Of a stretch of 64,000 bases of DNA, positions 10,290 through 19,251 are shown one piece after another (the stretch's first letter is position 1; each line of letters starts with the position of its first letter). The stretch is from the IMG/VR virus record IMGVR_UViG_3300046648_000213, positions 19,210 to 83,209 of that record. One strand, written 5' to 3'. The notes below the pieces were generated by a model, which did no database searches, had not been told where the DNA came from, and saw only the letters and a program-made list of their open reading frames with translations. A program made the position numbers and the translations under genes. The stretch is from a virus.

Positions 10290-11252
10290 TTAGGACACTG
10301 CGCCGATGCGATCGATGATGATCGTGTGGCCGCTGGTCGGATCGAGCAGCGCCTGGTAGGGCAGGGACACCATCACGTCCTGATCCAGCGCGCCGGCGTT
10401 GATCTTGCCGTCCGAGTACTTCATCTTCGGCAAGGTGAACGTGTAGCCGTTGCCTGCGCCGTCGAGGGCCTTGAACGACAGGCTCGTCGAGGTGTTGTTC
10501 AGGAACTTGTCGTACAGCGCGCCGTCAGCGAAGTACACCTCGAGCGTGCCGGTCACCTTCAGCGTGCCCGACGCGACGCCGGCCGTGCCGAACACGCCGA
10601 CCGCATCCTGCGCGCGCACCGCGTTGTCGAGGTCCAGCTTGAGCGACTTCACGAACGTGTTCGCGAGCGCAACGCCGCCTTCGAGGATCGTGCCGACACC
10701 CTTCACGCAGTTCATCGTGTCGTTGGTGTGCGAAGCCGTCAACGTGCCCGGAAGCGTCGTCGCGGTTGTGCGCACCGAATCCTTGCCGGTGAACTCGAAA
10801 GAGCCAGTCAGGATCGACCCGGACTTCAGGTCGAGCGACATCTTCGAGGCGACCATGCCGCGGTACGCGAATACCTGGTTGACGTCGGAGAACGCCTTCT
10901 CGAGCGTGAACGAGCGCTGCGTCGTGCCATTCACGAGGCGGCCGGACGTCTGCACAGGATTGTTCGTCGTATCCCACGTGCCTTGGAGCGCCGCCTGCAT
11001 GAGCGCGTCGTACTCGAGGAACGAGAGCTCGAAGTTGAAGCCGCCGGATGCGTCGGCGCCAACCTGAATCAGATCGGTGATCTGGCGGTCGGGGCGGATT
11101 TCCTTGCTGCTTTCGGTCTTGAGCTTGAATGCGAGAGACTCGCCCGTGAAGCGCAGCGCGCTGCCGTTGCCGGCGATCGGGGTCTGACCGAAGACCGTTT
11201 CCTGAATGTAGCTCAGCTGTGCGCGTGAGCTCGTGGAAAGCAGATTACTCAT
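10290..11252 (-). CDS. Major tail (tube) protein
   Basis: LSYIQETVFGQTP, LRFTGESL, SFTLEK; 320 aa; position. Confidence 0.85.
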   Translation of the reverse strand: MSNLLSTSSRAQLSYIQETVFGQTPIAGNGSALRFTGESLAFKLKTESSKEIRPDRQITDLIQVGADASGGFNFELSFLEYDALMQAALQGTWDTTNNPVQTSGRLVNGTTQRSFTLEKAFSDVNQVFAYRGMVASKMSLDLKSGSILTGSFEFTGKDSVRTTATTLPGTLTASHTNDTMNCVKGVGTILEGGVALANTFVKSLKLDLDNAVRAQDAVGVFGTAGVASGTLKVTGTLEVYFADGALYDKFLNNTSTSLSFKALDGAGNGYTFTLPKMKYSDGKINAGALDQDVMVSLPYQALLDPTSGHTIIIDRIGAVS

Positions 11253-11313
11253 GGGGGCTGTCTCCCTCTTATTGTTATCGATGTGCTTCTATTTTGCGCC
11301 GAATCTACTACAT

Positions 11314-11724
11314 TCAGCCTCTGTCGTCAAAGTAAAACCTGAGCATCAGAGGCTGCTTGTACCAACCCGGTCCCGGCACGGGAGACAAGGGTTGTCCCTG
11401 CTGGAACGTGATGCCGCCGAGCATCGCGCCGCGCAGCAGGCGGTCGACGAAAGTCAGCATCTCGTTCCCTTGTTTAGTTCCCGCGCCGACCTTCGTGAAC
11501 GCCTCGCAGTGCAGGTATCCGTGATACCGCCACGTCGGGCTCGCGTTCATGTCGACCTGATGCGAGTCGTGGTACTTGATGAATACGTTCATGAACGGAT
11601 TCGGCTCGGTCGCGAGATCGACGTTGCCGACGTTCTCGAACTGGAGCTTGAACTCCGGGAATTGCGCAGTCCAGGCGGTCTGCAGTGCCGCGGCGATCGC
11701 GCGGCGCGCGTCATCGAATGTCAT
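11314..11724 (-). CDS. Tail terminator-like protein
   Basis: 136 aa directly upstream of the tube gene. Confidence 0.65.
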   Translation of the reverse strand: MTFDDARRAIAAALQTAWTAQFPEFKLQFENVGNVDLATEPNPFMNVFIKYHDSHQVDMNASPTWRYHGYLHCEAFTKVGAGTKQGNEMLTFVDRLLRGAMLGGITFQQGQPLSPVPGPGWYKQPLMLRFYFDDRG

Positions 11725-11725
11725 C

Positions 11726-12280
11726 TCACACCCCTGCCGGCAACTCGAAGTCGCCGAACGTCATGCGTGCCCGCTGCAGCCGGCTCGCGTAGTTGCTGTC
11801 GATCTGCACGTCGCCGTACAGGTTCGCAGCGCGCTCGAGCATATGCCCCGGAAGGTTAACTGGACGCAGGAATCCGTCCGGACTGCTCTCGATGCGCGCA
11901 ACATAATCGTCGGTGAGCGCGTTGACGATGTACACCGCCGGCAGGCTCAGCCCATCATCGAACTTCACTTCGTCCGGCTTGCTGCTGTTCTGCCCTGCCG
12001 CGTAGTCAATCGCCTCTGCCTCACCCTTGTGCAGCGGATCGACGCCCTTGTCTCGCGCGCGTGTGACAAGTGTCGGGTCACCGCCGCCTACCTCCGGCGA
12101 GCCGACGCTGTACTTCCAGTTCATGACGACCGTGCCCTGATACTGCGGCGTCTCGAGCGCGACGAAACCGAACACCTTGATCGTGTAGCCGCGGAAAACG
12201 GCTTCGACCTCATGCAGGGTTTCTTCAAACCATGCGTTGAGGCCGTTGGAAAACTCGATCGGGTTCGTGATCCGGATCAT
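11726..12280 (-). CDS. Neck/tail completion protein (HK97 gp10-like)
   Basis: ETPQYQG...NW, VYIVNAL..Y..RIE pattern; synteny; start MIRITNP. Confidence 0.6.
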   Translation of the reverse strand: MIRITNPIEFSNGLNAWFEETLHEVEAVFRGYTIKVFGFVALETPQYQGTVVMNWKYSVGSPEVGGGDPTLVTRARDKGVDPLHKGEAEAIDYAAGQNSSKPDEVKFDDGLSLPAVYIVNALTDDYVARIESSPDGFLRPVNLPGHMLERAANLYGDVQIDSNYASRLQRARMTFGDFELPAGV

Positions 12281-13122
12281 GCACGCCGCGCATGCAGCAG
12301 CCAGCACTCGTCGGCGCTTGTGAAGTCGAGCACGCGCCACGCCGCGCCGTCGATGGTGACGTTCTCGTTCTGGACAGGCTGAGCCATATCGAGCTTTCGA
12401 ACCATCACGGCAAGGTCCCCGCGCGAGTAGCTGTCGGAGTCCGCGTTGCGGTACTGGTAATTGTTCTGGAAGCGCATGACGACGGCCGGCATCTGCACGC
12501 TCGACCCCGGCGACATGACGTCGTTCACGGCATCGTACGCGCCCTTCGTCGCGTAGCCGATCGTCTTCACGCCGTAGCCGGCGTCCATCTCGATCCCTTC
12601 GACAGCGAGGAAGCCGGCGGCGGACCAGTAGCGGTTGTTCGTGTAGTAGAGGATGCCGTTGAGCGTGACGAACATACCGGCCACGACAGTCTCATGCTCC
12701 GGGAAGTAGAGCGTTGCCTGACTCCATTGATTCGAGTCGGTCGTCGCGTCCTTCAGGTCCTTCACCCACACGAGGCCGCTGTAGGCCGACGTGCCGCCGC
12801 TTCCGGACAGCAGCTGCGCGGTGGTTTGCGCCAACGCGAGGCCGTCCGCCCGCTGCACCGGATACTTGTGTCGGATCGGCACGTTGCGGAAGTCATCCAC
12901 ATTGCACCGCCCGAGTATCCAGTGCTCCCCATTTGCCGTGAGCACGCCGCGCGCCGGCATGACGACCTCCGGGGAAAACGAGAACACGCGCCGCGTGTTC
13001 ATCAGACCATCGCGCTTCGAGTCGTCGTAAACGTCCATCTGGCCGTAGATCGGCTTTCCGGGCGTGTACGCGTCGAGGAAGACGGTCGAGTCGAAGTGCG
13101 AAGCGGCGCGTGAGAGTTTCAT
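12277..13122 (-). CDS. Head-tail joining / head closure protein
   Basis: 281 aa beta-rich ORF in the connector block. Confidence 0.55.
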   Translation of the reverse strand: MKLSRAASHFDSTVFLDAYTPGKPIYGQMDVYDDSKRDGLMNTRRVFSFSPEVVMPARGVLTANGEHWILGRCNVDDFRNVPIRHKYPVQRADGLALAQTTAQLLSGSGGTSAYSGLVWVKDLKDATTDSNQWSQATLYFPEHETVVAGMFVTLNGILYYTNNRYWSAAGFLAVEGIEMDAGYGVKTIGYATKGAYDAVNDVMSPGSSVQMPAVVMRFQNNYQYRNADSDSYSRGDLAVMVRKLDMAQPVQNENVTIDGAAWRVLDFTSADECWLLHARRA

Positions 13123-13610
13123 CAGCCGGTCACCGGGTCATAGGTGGGAACACCGCCGGCAACGTACGTCTGGATCGCGTGGCGGGTCACGGTCTTACCG
13201 TTGAACTCGGTCACTGCGTCCTGAACGAGCACCTTCAGGCGGTTGTATTCGTCCATCAGCACCTGCATCGTCAGCGTGAACGGAGCAGCGGCGTCGCGAG
13301 CGACGGAGGCTTTGCCGTCCGCGATCTGCTTCGGAGCGCCGAGCGGCAGCGTGCTGCGCAGCTGCATGCCGACCACAAACGGCACCCACAACCGGACCGC
13401 TTCGAACAGGTTCTGCTCCGCATCGATGCGCTCCTCTTCGGCTTTCTCGGCAATGTACATGTACGCGACCAGCGCACTCTGCGCGCGGAGCTCTGCCTTC
13501 ACGGAGAACAGCAGGTACTCCGCGCCGAGCGCGTTGTCCTCGAGCTCGTCGTCATCCATGCCAAGGGCAAGTCGGATCGAGTCGTAGCTCGTCAGGTCCG
13601 AGAGTTGCAT
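13122..13610 (-). CDS. Head-tail adaptor-like protein
   Basis: SYDSIRLALG N-terminus, helical; position after capsid. Confidence 0.6.
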   Translation of the reverse strand: MQLSDLTSYDSIRLALGMDDDELEDNALGAEYLLFSVKAELRAQSALVAYMYIAEKAEEERIDAEQNLFEAVRLWVPFVVGMQLRSTLPLGAPKQIADGKASVARDAAAPFTLTMQVLMDEYNRLKVLVQDAVTEFNGKTVTRHAIQTYVAGGVPTYDPVTG

Positions 13611-13619
13611 GCCGGCTCC

Positions 13620-13964
13620 TTACGCGAGGGCCAGAATGCGATGGTCAAGCTGGTGCACGAGCCACTCGTCGGCGACGACGGTTTCGGGCGTGCCGGCGCG
13701 GAACCAGTGGCCTTGTCCATTGTTCGCGAACGGGTTGCGCAGGTCGCCGTAGTTCGACTTGACCGTCACCTCGTCGCCGACCGACACGCCGTGCTTCGAG
13801 CGCGCGGCCACGAGCGACGCAGCGTTTGCTGCGCGCGCGGCGTCGACGCTTTTCTCGATCGCGTCCGGCGCCGGTGCGCCCGGTGCGCCAGCGCCCGGTG
13901 CGCTCGCAGCTTCGACTTCGCCGATGTTCTCGGGCGCTTCTTGCGCCGCAGTGGTCTTTGCCAT
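13620..13964 (-). CDS. Hypothetical virion-associated protein
   Basis: Ala/Pro-rich N-terminus; typical position after capsid gene. Confidence 0.6.
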   Translation of the reverse strand: MAKTTAAQEAPENIGEVEAASAPGAGAPGAPAPDAIEKSVDAARAANAASLVAARSKHGVSVGDEVTVKSNYGDLRNPFANNGQGHWFRAGTPETVVADEWLVHQLDHRILALA

Positions 13965-13995
13965 CTTCAATCCTTGTCTGGTAGTTCAACGAACA

Positions 13996-14018
13996 GAGAG
14001 CAGGACGCGCCTGCTCTC
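13996..14018 (-). terminator. Hairpin / probable terminator
   Basis: GAGAGCAGG-5nt-CCTGCTCTC. Confidence 0.55.
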
Positions 14019-14023
14019 GGGGC

Positions 14024-14116
14024 TCAGCGCACGGGCGGCTTGAGCGGGGGCTTCGGTGCCGGGGACTGCTGCACTGGATGACGCCAGGGCGAGTTCGGCA
14101 AGGGCTTCTCGGTCAT
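14024..14116 (-). CDS. Small Pro-rich protein, 30 aa (MTEKPLPNSPWRHPVQQSPAPKPPLKPPVR)
   Basis: GGAGG RBS 5 nt before ATG; below the ORF-track cutoff. Confidence 0.6.
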   Translation of the reverse strand: MTEKPLPNSPWRHPVQQSPAPKPPLKPPVR

Positions 14117-14129
14117 CGCGACCTCCGGT

Positions 14130-14237
14130 TTAGATTCCGGGTGTCGGACTCGTATTCGGGCCGAGCGGCTTCGCCGGCTTAGCCGGCGGCATCTGCTTGA
14201 CCGGGATACGGTTCGGCGCGGCGGGGTTGCTTGCCAT
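14130..14237 (-). CDS. Small Pro-rich protein, 35 aa (MASNPAAPNRIPVKQMPPAKPAKPLGPNTSPTPGI)
   Basis: GAGGAG RBS before ATG; below the ORF-track cutoff. Confidence 0.6.
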   Translation of the reverse strand: MASNPAAPNRIPVKQMPPAKPAKPLGPNTSPTPGI

Positions 14238-14265
14238 GTCGTTCTCCTCGGGAGTTTCAGCGAAA

Positions 14266-14286
14266 GAAGGGGCCATCGGCCCCTTC
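14266..14286 (-). terminator. Terminator after major capsid gene
   Basis: GAAGGGGCC-GAT-GGCCCCTTC followed by TTT. Confidence 0.7.
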
Positions 14287-14296
14287 ACTCAGGTGC

Positions 14297-15484
14297 TTAC
14301 TGGAGCACCAGCACGTCGAACGCGTCGTCGAACATGCGGTAGGCGACTTCGCCGAAGTCCCAGCGCAGCGCTTCCGACTTGCTCATCACGTACTGCTCGA
14401 CCGCGCTGTACGAAGCCTGCGCGTTGCGCACGCGGCGGATCGCGTAGCGGCTGTCGATGCCCATGATCGTGCCCGTGGGGATCACGCCGTCTTCCAGCAG
14501 GAAGATGTTGACGTTCTGCCACTGCGGGTTCTGAACGTGCGGCAGCGGGTTGATACGCGGCGAGTTCGGATCGTCCTGAACGATCACCGGGCGGCCGGTG
14601 CGGTTCTCGATCGCGAGCGCGGTCTTCAGGTCGCAGAAGACCCAATCGATGTGGCGCTTGCGGAAGTTGCGGCGCAGCCAGCTGACCCACGCGAGTTGCG
14701 TGAGGTTGCCTGCCGTCGTGATCGACGAGTCGAAGTCCGAAGCCTTCGAGGTGGACAGAGCAGCGGAGCCCATGTCGATGTCGCCGTTCAGGAACGACTG
14801 GATGTAGCCGTCGACGAGGTATGCCTGCTGGAATTCAGCCTGGCGGCTCATCGCCATCGCCACGAGGTCGAGCGTCGTCGCCTTCATGGCTTCGAACGAC
14901 ACCTGCAGACCGAGCGAGAACGTCGGAATCTTGCGCGCGACGTCGCTGATCTTGATGCCGATCATCGATGCCGGCTCGGACAGCTGAGCGATCGGCTGCG
15001 CGACCGTGCCGTTCACGTTCGAGTAGTCGAGCAGCGGCTGTTCGAAGCGGTTGCTGTTGATCGAGTCGTCGACCGCGACAAGCTGGTTGAACAGGCCGAC
15101 GTACGACGAGTAGTCGTTGTGCAGCGCGCTGTCGATCGCTTCGAGGAACACGGCCGGGAAGATGATCCGCGAGGCCGGTTGCGCTTCTTGCACGATCACG
15201 CCAGCTTGCTTGCCTTCGAGGGCGTTGAAGTTGAGCTCGGCACCGCCGTTCACGATGTCGTGCATCGTCGGCGGCTTGATGCCGGCCGAGCGATTGGCCT
15301 TGAAGAACAGGCCGCACGATGCCATGAACTGTTCGAAGGCCGTACCATCGCGATCCGCGTTGGTCTGGTACTTCGCGTTCAGGTACTGAGGCACGGTCAT
15401 GTTGCGTGCTTCAGCTTCCTTGTAAATCGTCACGTCCAGCTTGACGTCCTGACGTGCGCCTTGTGCATCGATAAAGACCGGCAT
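14297..15484 (-). CDS. Major capsid protein
   Basis: About 395 aa after protease and decoration genes, followed by a terminator; start MPVFID with AAGGAG RBS. Confidence 0.85.
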   Translation of the reverse strand: MPVFIDAQGARQDVKLDVTIYKEAEARNMTVPQYLNAKYQTNADRDGTAFEQFMASCGLFFKANRSAGIKPPTMHDIVNGGAELNFNALEGKQAGVIVQEAQPASRIIFPAVFLEAIDSALHNDYSSYVGLFNQLVAVDDSINSNRFEQPLLDYSNVNGTVAQPIAQLSEPASMIGIKISDVARKIPTFSLGLQVSFEAMKATTLDLVAMAMSRQAEFQQAYLVDGYIQSFLNGDIDMGSAALSTSKASDFDSSITTAGNLTQLAWVSWLRRNFRKRHIDWVFCDLKTALAIENRTGRPVIVQDDPNSPRINPLPHVQNPQWQNVNIFLLEDGVIPTGTIMGIDSRYAIRRVRNAQASYSAVEQYVMSKSEALRWDFGEVAYRMFDDAFDVLVLQ

Positions 15485-15557
15485 ATCCGCTCCTTGGTTT
15501 TTGTTGTTGTGCTTCACGGTCCCTTTCGGGACCGTTGTCAGAGCTCGGTGCTGCTGC

Positions 15558-16007
15558 TTACCAGATGAATTCGATCAGCGCCTGCGCGCCGTCGATCGAA
15601 CCACCGGAGATCGTGCGCCACGGACGGATGCCGGGCGCGGTCGGCGTGGCCGACGCCTTGACCTTCGGAGTTCCGGTGAGCTTCGTGCCGCGCGCGACCG
15701 GCGTGCCGGCCACGACGAAGTTGCCGAAAGCAACCGGGCCTTCCAGCGTCACTTTGACGCGAATGTCTTCCTTCGCCACGGTGCCGAAGCTGTAGCCGTC
15801 GATCGTCGCCGGCTCGACTGCGGTCAGCACGCCTTCGATCGGGTCGCCTTCGGCGCACAGGCCGTAGGTGTCCGGAGCGACAAGTTTGACGAACTTGCCG
15901 ACGTCAGCGTCCGTCAGGCCGCCGCCGTTCGCCACGGTGTCCGTGCCGAGCTTGGCCGAGAAGGTGCTGTCGACCGGAACGGTCGGTTGGAACGTGAACT
16001 TTGCCAT
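15558..16007 (-). CDS. Head decoration / cement protein
   Basis: 149 aa Gly-rich beta protein between protease and capsid (DVGKFVKL, GDPIEGV). Confidence 0.7.
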   Translation of the reverse strand: MAKFTFQPTVPVDSTFSAKLGTDTVANGGGLTDADVGKFVKLVAPDTYGLCAEGDPIEGVLTAVEPATIDGYSFGTVAKEDIRVKVTLEGPVAFGNFVVAGTPVARGTKLTGTPKVKASATPTAPGIRPWRTISGGSIDGAQALIEFIW

Positions 16008-16013
16008 GCTGGA

Positions 16014-16595
16014 TTACCCCTTTTTCTGGTTGAAACGAGTGGCCGCGACTGCTGCACGACGCACGTCCGAGGCAACAGCAGGAGCTTCCGCTTCGGCAGG
16101 CTTCGTGACTTCTGCTGCGACGCCGCCGACCTTGAACTTCTCGACGAACTCGCCGCTCAGGCGCTTGTGCTCGCCGACCAGTGCGACGCCGCTCATGGCC
16201 GACAGGTCACGCTTCGAGCCGCCGAGCGCGACGTGCATGTTGTGCACGGCGCCGCGCGCGATCTCTTCGAGAGCGGCATGCGTATCAGCTTGAGCGGTCA
16301 GTTGCGCGCGGGCTGCGGCCAGTTCGACGGCGCCTTCGGCGACCTTCGCGTTCGCAGCCTGGAGTTCGCCGCGCAGGAACGCGACGATTTCCGAGTCGCC
16401 TTGCGTGGCGACTGCGGGAGCAGCGGCGGCGGCGGCAGCGGCGGGCGCGGCGGCGGCAGCGGCTGCTGCGACGGCTGCGGGATCGGGGGTTTCGGTGGTT
16501 GCGGCAGGGGTTTCAGCGACCGCGCCAGCAGCTGCTGCTGCGGCACCGCCCGCGGCGAGCGCCGCGATTTCCTGTTCCGTCAGGGTCTTTTTCAC
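16014..16595 (-). CDS. Nested in-frame scaffold protein (Nu3-like)
   Basis: AT-rich patch with AAGGAGG RBS before an in-frame GTG; TTGACA-17-AACAAT just upstream (16623-16651). Confidence 0.7.
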   Translation of the reverse strand: MKKTLTEQEIAALAAGGAAAAAAGAVAETPAATTETPDPAAVAAAAAAAAPAAAAAAAAPAVATQGDSEIVAFLRGELQAANAKVAEGAVELAAARAQLTAQADTHAALEEIARGAVHNMHVALGGSKRDLSAMSGVALVGEHKRLSGEFVEKFKVGGVAAEVTKPAEAEAPAVASDVRRAAVAATRFNQKKG

Positions 16596-17486
16596 ATGCC
16601 CCTCCTTATTATTATGGGCCGAATTGTTGAACTGAAAGGGAGAATTGTCAACGCCTTTTTGCTGCATTTGCGCAAGAACTTCGTCGAAAGTAGCGACTCC
16701 ATCGACAAGTCCTACTCCAACTGCGGCCTCGCCGACAAATTCTCGCCCCTGAGCCATCGTGCTGTCCGCTTTCGCGTACGTCACGCCGCGCGCGTCGGCG
16801 ACGTGCTGCACGAAGACGCTGTACACCGCGTCGAGGCCGGCCTGCCACTGCGTGCGCGCCTCGTCGGTGAATGCTTCCATCGGATGCCCGAGCGCCTTGT
16901 ACTTGCCGGCGCGCATCACCGTCGCCTTGACGCCCATCTGCTCCATCATGCCGGTGCGCTCGGTGTGCACGTTGATGACGCCGACCGAGCCGACGTCCGC
17001 CGTGTCGCTCGCGTAGATTTTGCTGGCCGAGCTTCCGAGCCAGTACGCCGCCGACGCCATCACGCCGTCCGCGTACGCGATGATCGGCTTGTGCTTGCCG
17101 ACCATCTGGATGAGCTTCGCCGTATCGCTCACGCCCGACACTGCGCCGCCGCCCGAGCTCACGTCGAGCAGGATCGACTTGATGCTCGAGTCCTTCGCGG
17201 CTTCCACCAGCGCGGAGCGAATCTCCGGATAGCCCGTCGTGCCCATGTACGAGTTCATCCAGCTACGGTCGCTGTTCGTGAGCGGGCCGCGGATCGAGAT
17301 CACGCCGACGCTGCCTTGCTTCGAGAGCAGGCGGCTGCTCGGGTCTTCGTCGTCGTAGCTGTAGCCGAGCTTCTCGGCAAGTTGCACCTGCTCGGCCGCG
17401 CTCATGCGCGCGACGCGCTCGTATGCTTCCTGCACGGCGATCAGCGCCGCCTCGCGGCCTGCCCAATGCTGTTCGTCAAAAATCAT
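16014..17486 (-). CDS. Prohead protease (S49 family) fused to scaffold
   Basis: LLDVSSGGG, ASAAYWLGS, VGSVGV S49 motifs; Ala-rich C-terminal scaffold. Confidence 0.92.
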   Translation of the reverse strand: MIFDEQHWAGREAALIAVQEAYERVARMSAAEQVQLAEKLGYSYDDEDPSSRLLSKQGSVGVISIRGPLTNSDRSWMNSYMGTTGYPEIRSALVEAAKDSSIKSILLDVSSGGGAVSGVSDTAKLIQMVGKHKPIIAYADGVMASAAYWLGSSASKIYASDTADVGSVGVINVHTERTGMMEQMGVKATVMRAGKYKALGHPMEAFTDEARTQWQAGLDAVYSVFVQHVADARGVTYAKADSTMAQGREFVGEAAVGVGLVDGVATFDEVLAQMQQKGVDNSPFQFNNSAHNNKEGHVKKTLTEQEIAALAAGGAAAAAAGAVAETPAATTETPDPAAVAAAAAAAAPAAAAAAAAPAVATQGDSEIVAFLRGELQAANAKVAEGAVELAAARAQLTAQADTHAALEEIARGAVHNMHVALGGSKRDLSAMSGVALVGEHKRLSGEFVEKFKVGGVAAEVTKPAEAEAPAVASDVRRAAVAATRFNQKKG

Positions 17487-17495
17487 GGTGTCTCC

Positions 17496-19193
17496 TCACT
17501 TATTTTTCGGGTCGTTCTTCGGCGATCCCTTCGGCGCCTGCGGAGCCTTCGATTTGCCGCTCGAGTTGTTCGTCTGCTCCTGAACACCGCCATTGGCAGC
17601 CGACCCGTTGTACGGGTTGCCGCCGCCCGGTGCGTCCATGCCGCCCTGCGCCATCGTCTGCGAGCGGAATCCGGTGCCCGACAGCGGCTTCATGCCTGAC
17701 GGCGGCAGCGCGCCGGTGAGCTCGATCGACGCTTCCTCGTCGGTCAGCATGCCGAGACTCAGGAGCTCGAGCACGCGCGACTGCTTCATCGAGCGGAAGG
17801 ACTCGAGCTCGAGCTTCGGCCGCAGGTCGATCGACGCGAACTTGAACTCGACATAGACGTCCTGGCCGAACAGGCGCACGGCCAGCGTCAGGATGCGCGA
17901 CAGGATCGCGTTGACCTTGTTCTGCACGGCCATCGCGTTCTTCATGAACATCATCGTCTCGGACGATGCGATGTTCTGCGAGCCCTGTCCGTGTCCAAGA
18001 ATCGAGGGCAAGGTCTTCGCGCCGGTCGCCATCTTCGCGTCGAAGATGTCGTTGAGCACCTTCCACTCGGCGTCGAGGTTGGTGTTGCCGCCGGTGAGGT
18101 AGTCGATCTCGACCGTATCGAAGCCGACGATCGCGTCCTCGGGGTTCAGGCCGTTCACCATGTCCTCGATCTGCGACACAGTGTCGGAGACGTACTGCTT
18201 GAACTTGTCCTGATCGTGGAGGATGTCCGGCGGCACCGACAGCTTGAACTTCTCCTGATCGATCGACGCGTGCAGGCGCGGGTGAATCGCGCGCTTGATG
18301 ACGCGCCACAAGTCGTTCTGGAATTCGCTCGAGGCAAGCACCGACTGGACAGCGGATTCGATGGGGCTCGAGGGGTAGGGCTGCGTCAGGTCCTGATCCA
18401 GCGACTCGTAGAAGAACGTCGGGATGTTCAGGTCGATCCGCTGGCCGACGATGTACTGCTGCGGCTGCAGCGATACGTTGTCCGGCTCCTGAATGAACTT
18501 CAACTCGGGCACGTTCAGCGGCACGATGTTCGCCGGCAGGCGCGTCTTGTCGAGCACGAGCTCGGCGGAGCACGCGCCATACAGCACGACTTCCTTAGCA
18601 AGCTGCTCGGAAATCGCCATGATCGAATTCGTGTTCGAGAATCCGGCGCTGTAGTCGGGAACGTAGTTGAAGCGCGCGAGAATCTGCGCGAGAAGGCCCA
18701 TCGCTTCGGTGTTGACCGTCCCATCGGCGCGGTTGCGCACGACGGCCGTCCATTCGTCGGTGATCGCCGTGTGGATCATCGCGAAGACAGCAGCAGACAA
18801 GTCCGGCGATGCCGCCGCGAGGTCGCGAATGACCTGCCAAGTGGCGACGCCGCCCCGGAACGTGGTGATGTCGGTCTGATAGAGCCGACGATCGGTCTGA
18901 GGGAGCCAGTTTCCAGTCGGTTTGGCCGTGCGGACATAGGACGGCAGCGACGTTTGACCGGGCTTCGCCTTCAGCGGCTTCTGCTGAGTGAATCCCGCCT
19001 CATTCGTAACGCTCCCGCCCGTGCTCCCGCCCGGTTTAGCTGCCGCCTTCCGTTCGGCCCGCCCTTCGCGTGTGGAAGCACCGCTTCCAATGAGGGCTTT
19101 AACTGGCACCGGCGCGCGTTCTGCGTCTACTTCGGTGCCTCGGCCGAACAGGGACGACAACCTGGCCTTTATTTTTGTTGTTATTTCGGCCAT
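17496..19193 (-). CDS. Portal protein
   Basis: 565 aa between terminase and protease; SSPIESA, LPSILG, LGMLTDEEA. Confidence 0.85.
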   Translation of the reverse strand: MAEITTKIKARLSSLFGRGTEVDAERAPVPVKALIGSGASTREGRAERKAAAKPGGSTGGSVTNEAGFTQQKPLKAKPGQTSLPSYVRTAKPTGNWLPQTDRRLYQTDITTFRGGVATWQVIRDLAAASPDLSAAVFAMIHTAITDEWTAVVRNRADGTVNTEAMGLLAQILARFNYVPDYSAGFSNTNSIMAISEQLAKEVVLYGACSAELVLDKTRLPANIVPLNVPELKFIQEPDNVSLQPQQYIVGQRIDLNIPTFFYESLDQDLTQPYPSSPIESAVQSVLASSEFQNDLWRVIKRAIHPRLHASIDQEKFKLSVPPDILHDQDKFKQYVSDTVSQIEDMVNGLNPEDAIVGFDTVEIDYLTGGNTNLDAEWKVLNDIFDAKMATGAKTLPSILGHGQGSQNIASSETMMFMKNAMAVQNKVNAILSRILTLAVRLFGQDVYVEFKFASIDLRPKLELESFRSMKQSRVLELLSLGMLTDEEASIELTGALPPSGMKPLSGTGFRSQTMAQGGMDAPGGGNPYNGSAANGGVQEQTNNSSGKSKAPQAPKGSPKNDPKNK

Positions 19194-19251
19194 GCAACTC
19201 CCCTTTGCGTGTGCAAGAGTACAGAAAACTCGGCACGTTTACAAGTAACTT

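Noticed and set aside
15501-17699. Long antisense ORFs (e.g. 15501..17699 +, 52461..55136 -, 58241..60490 -, 19384..20913 +)
   Set aside because: Shadow frames of GC-rich genes with recognisable products on the other strand
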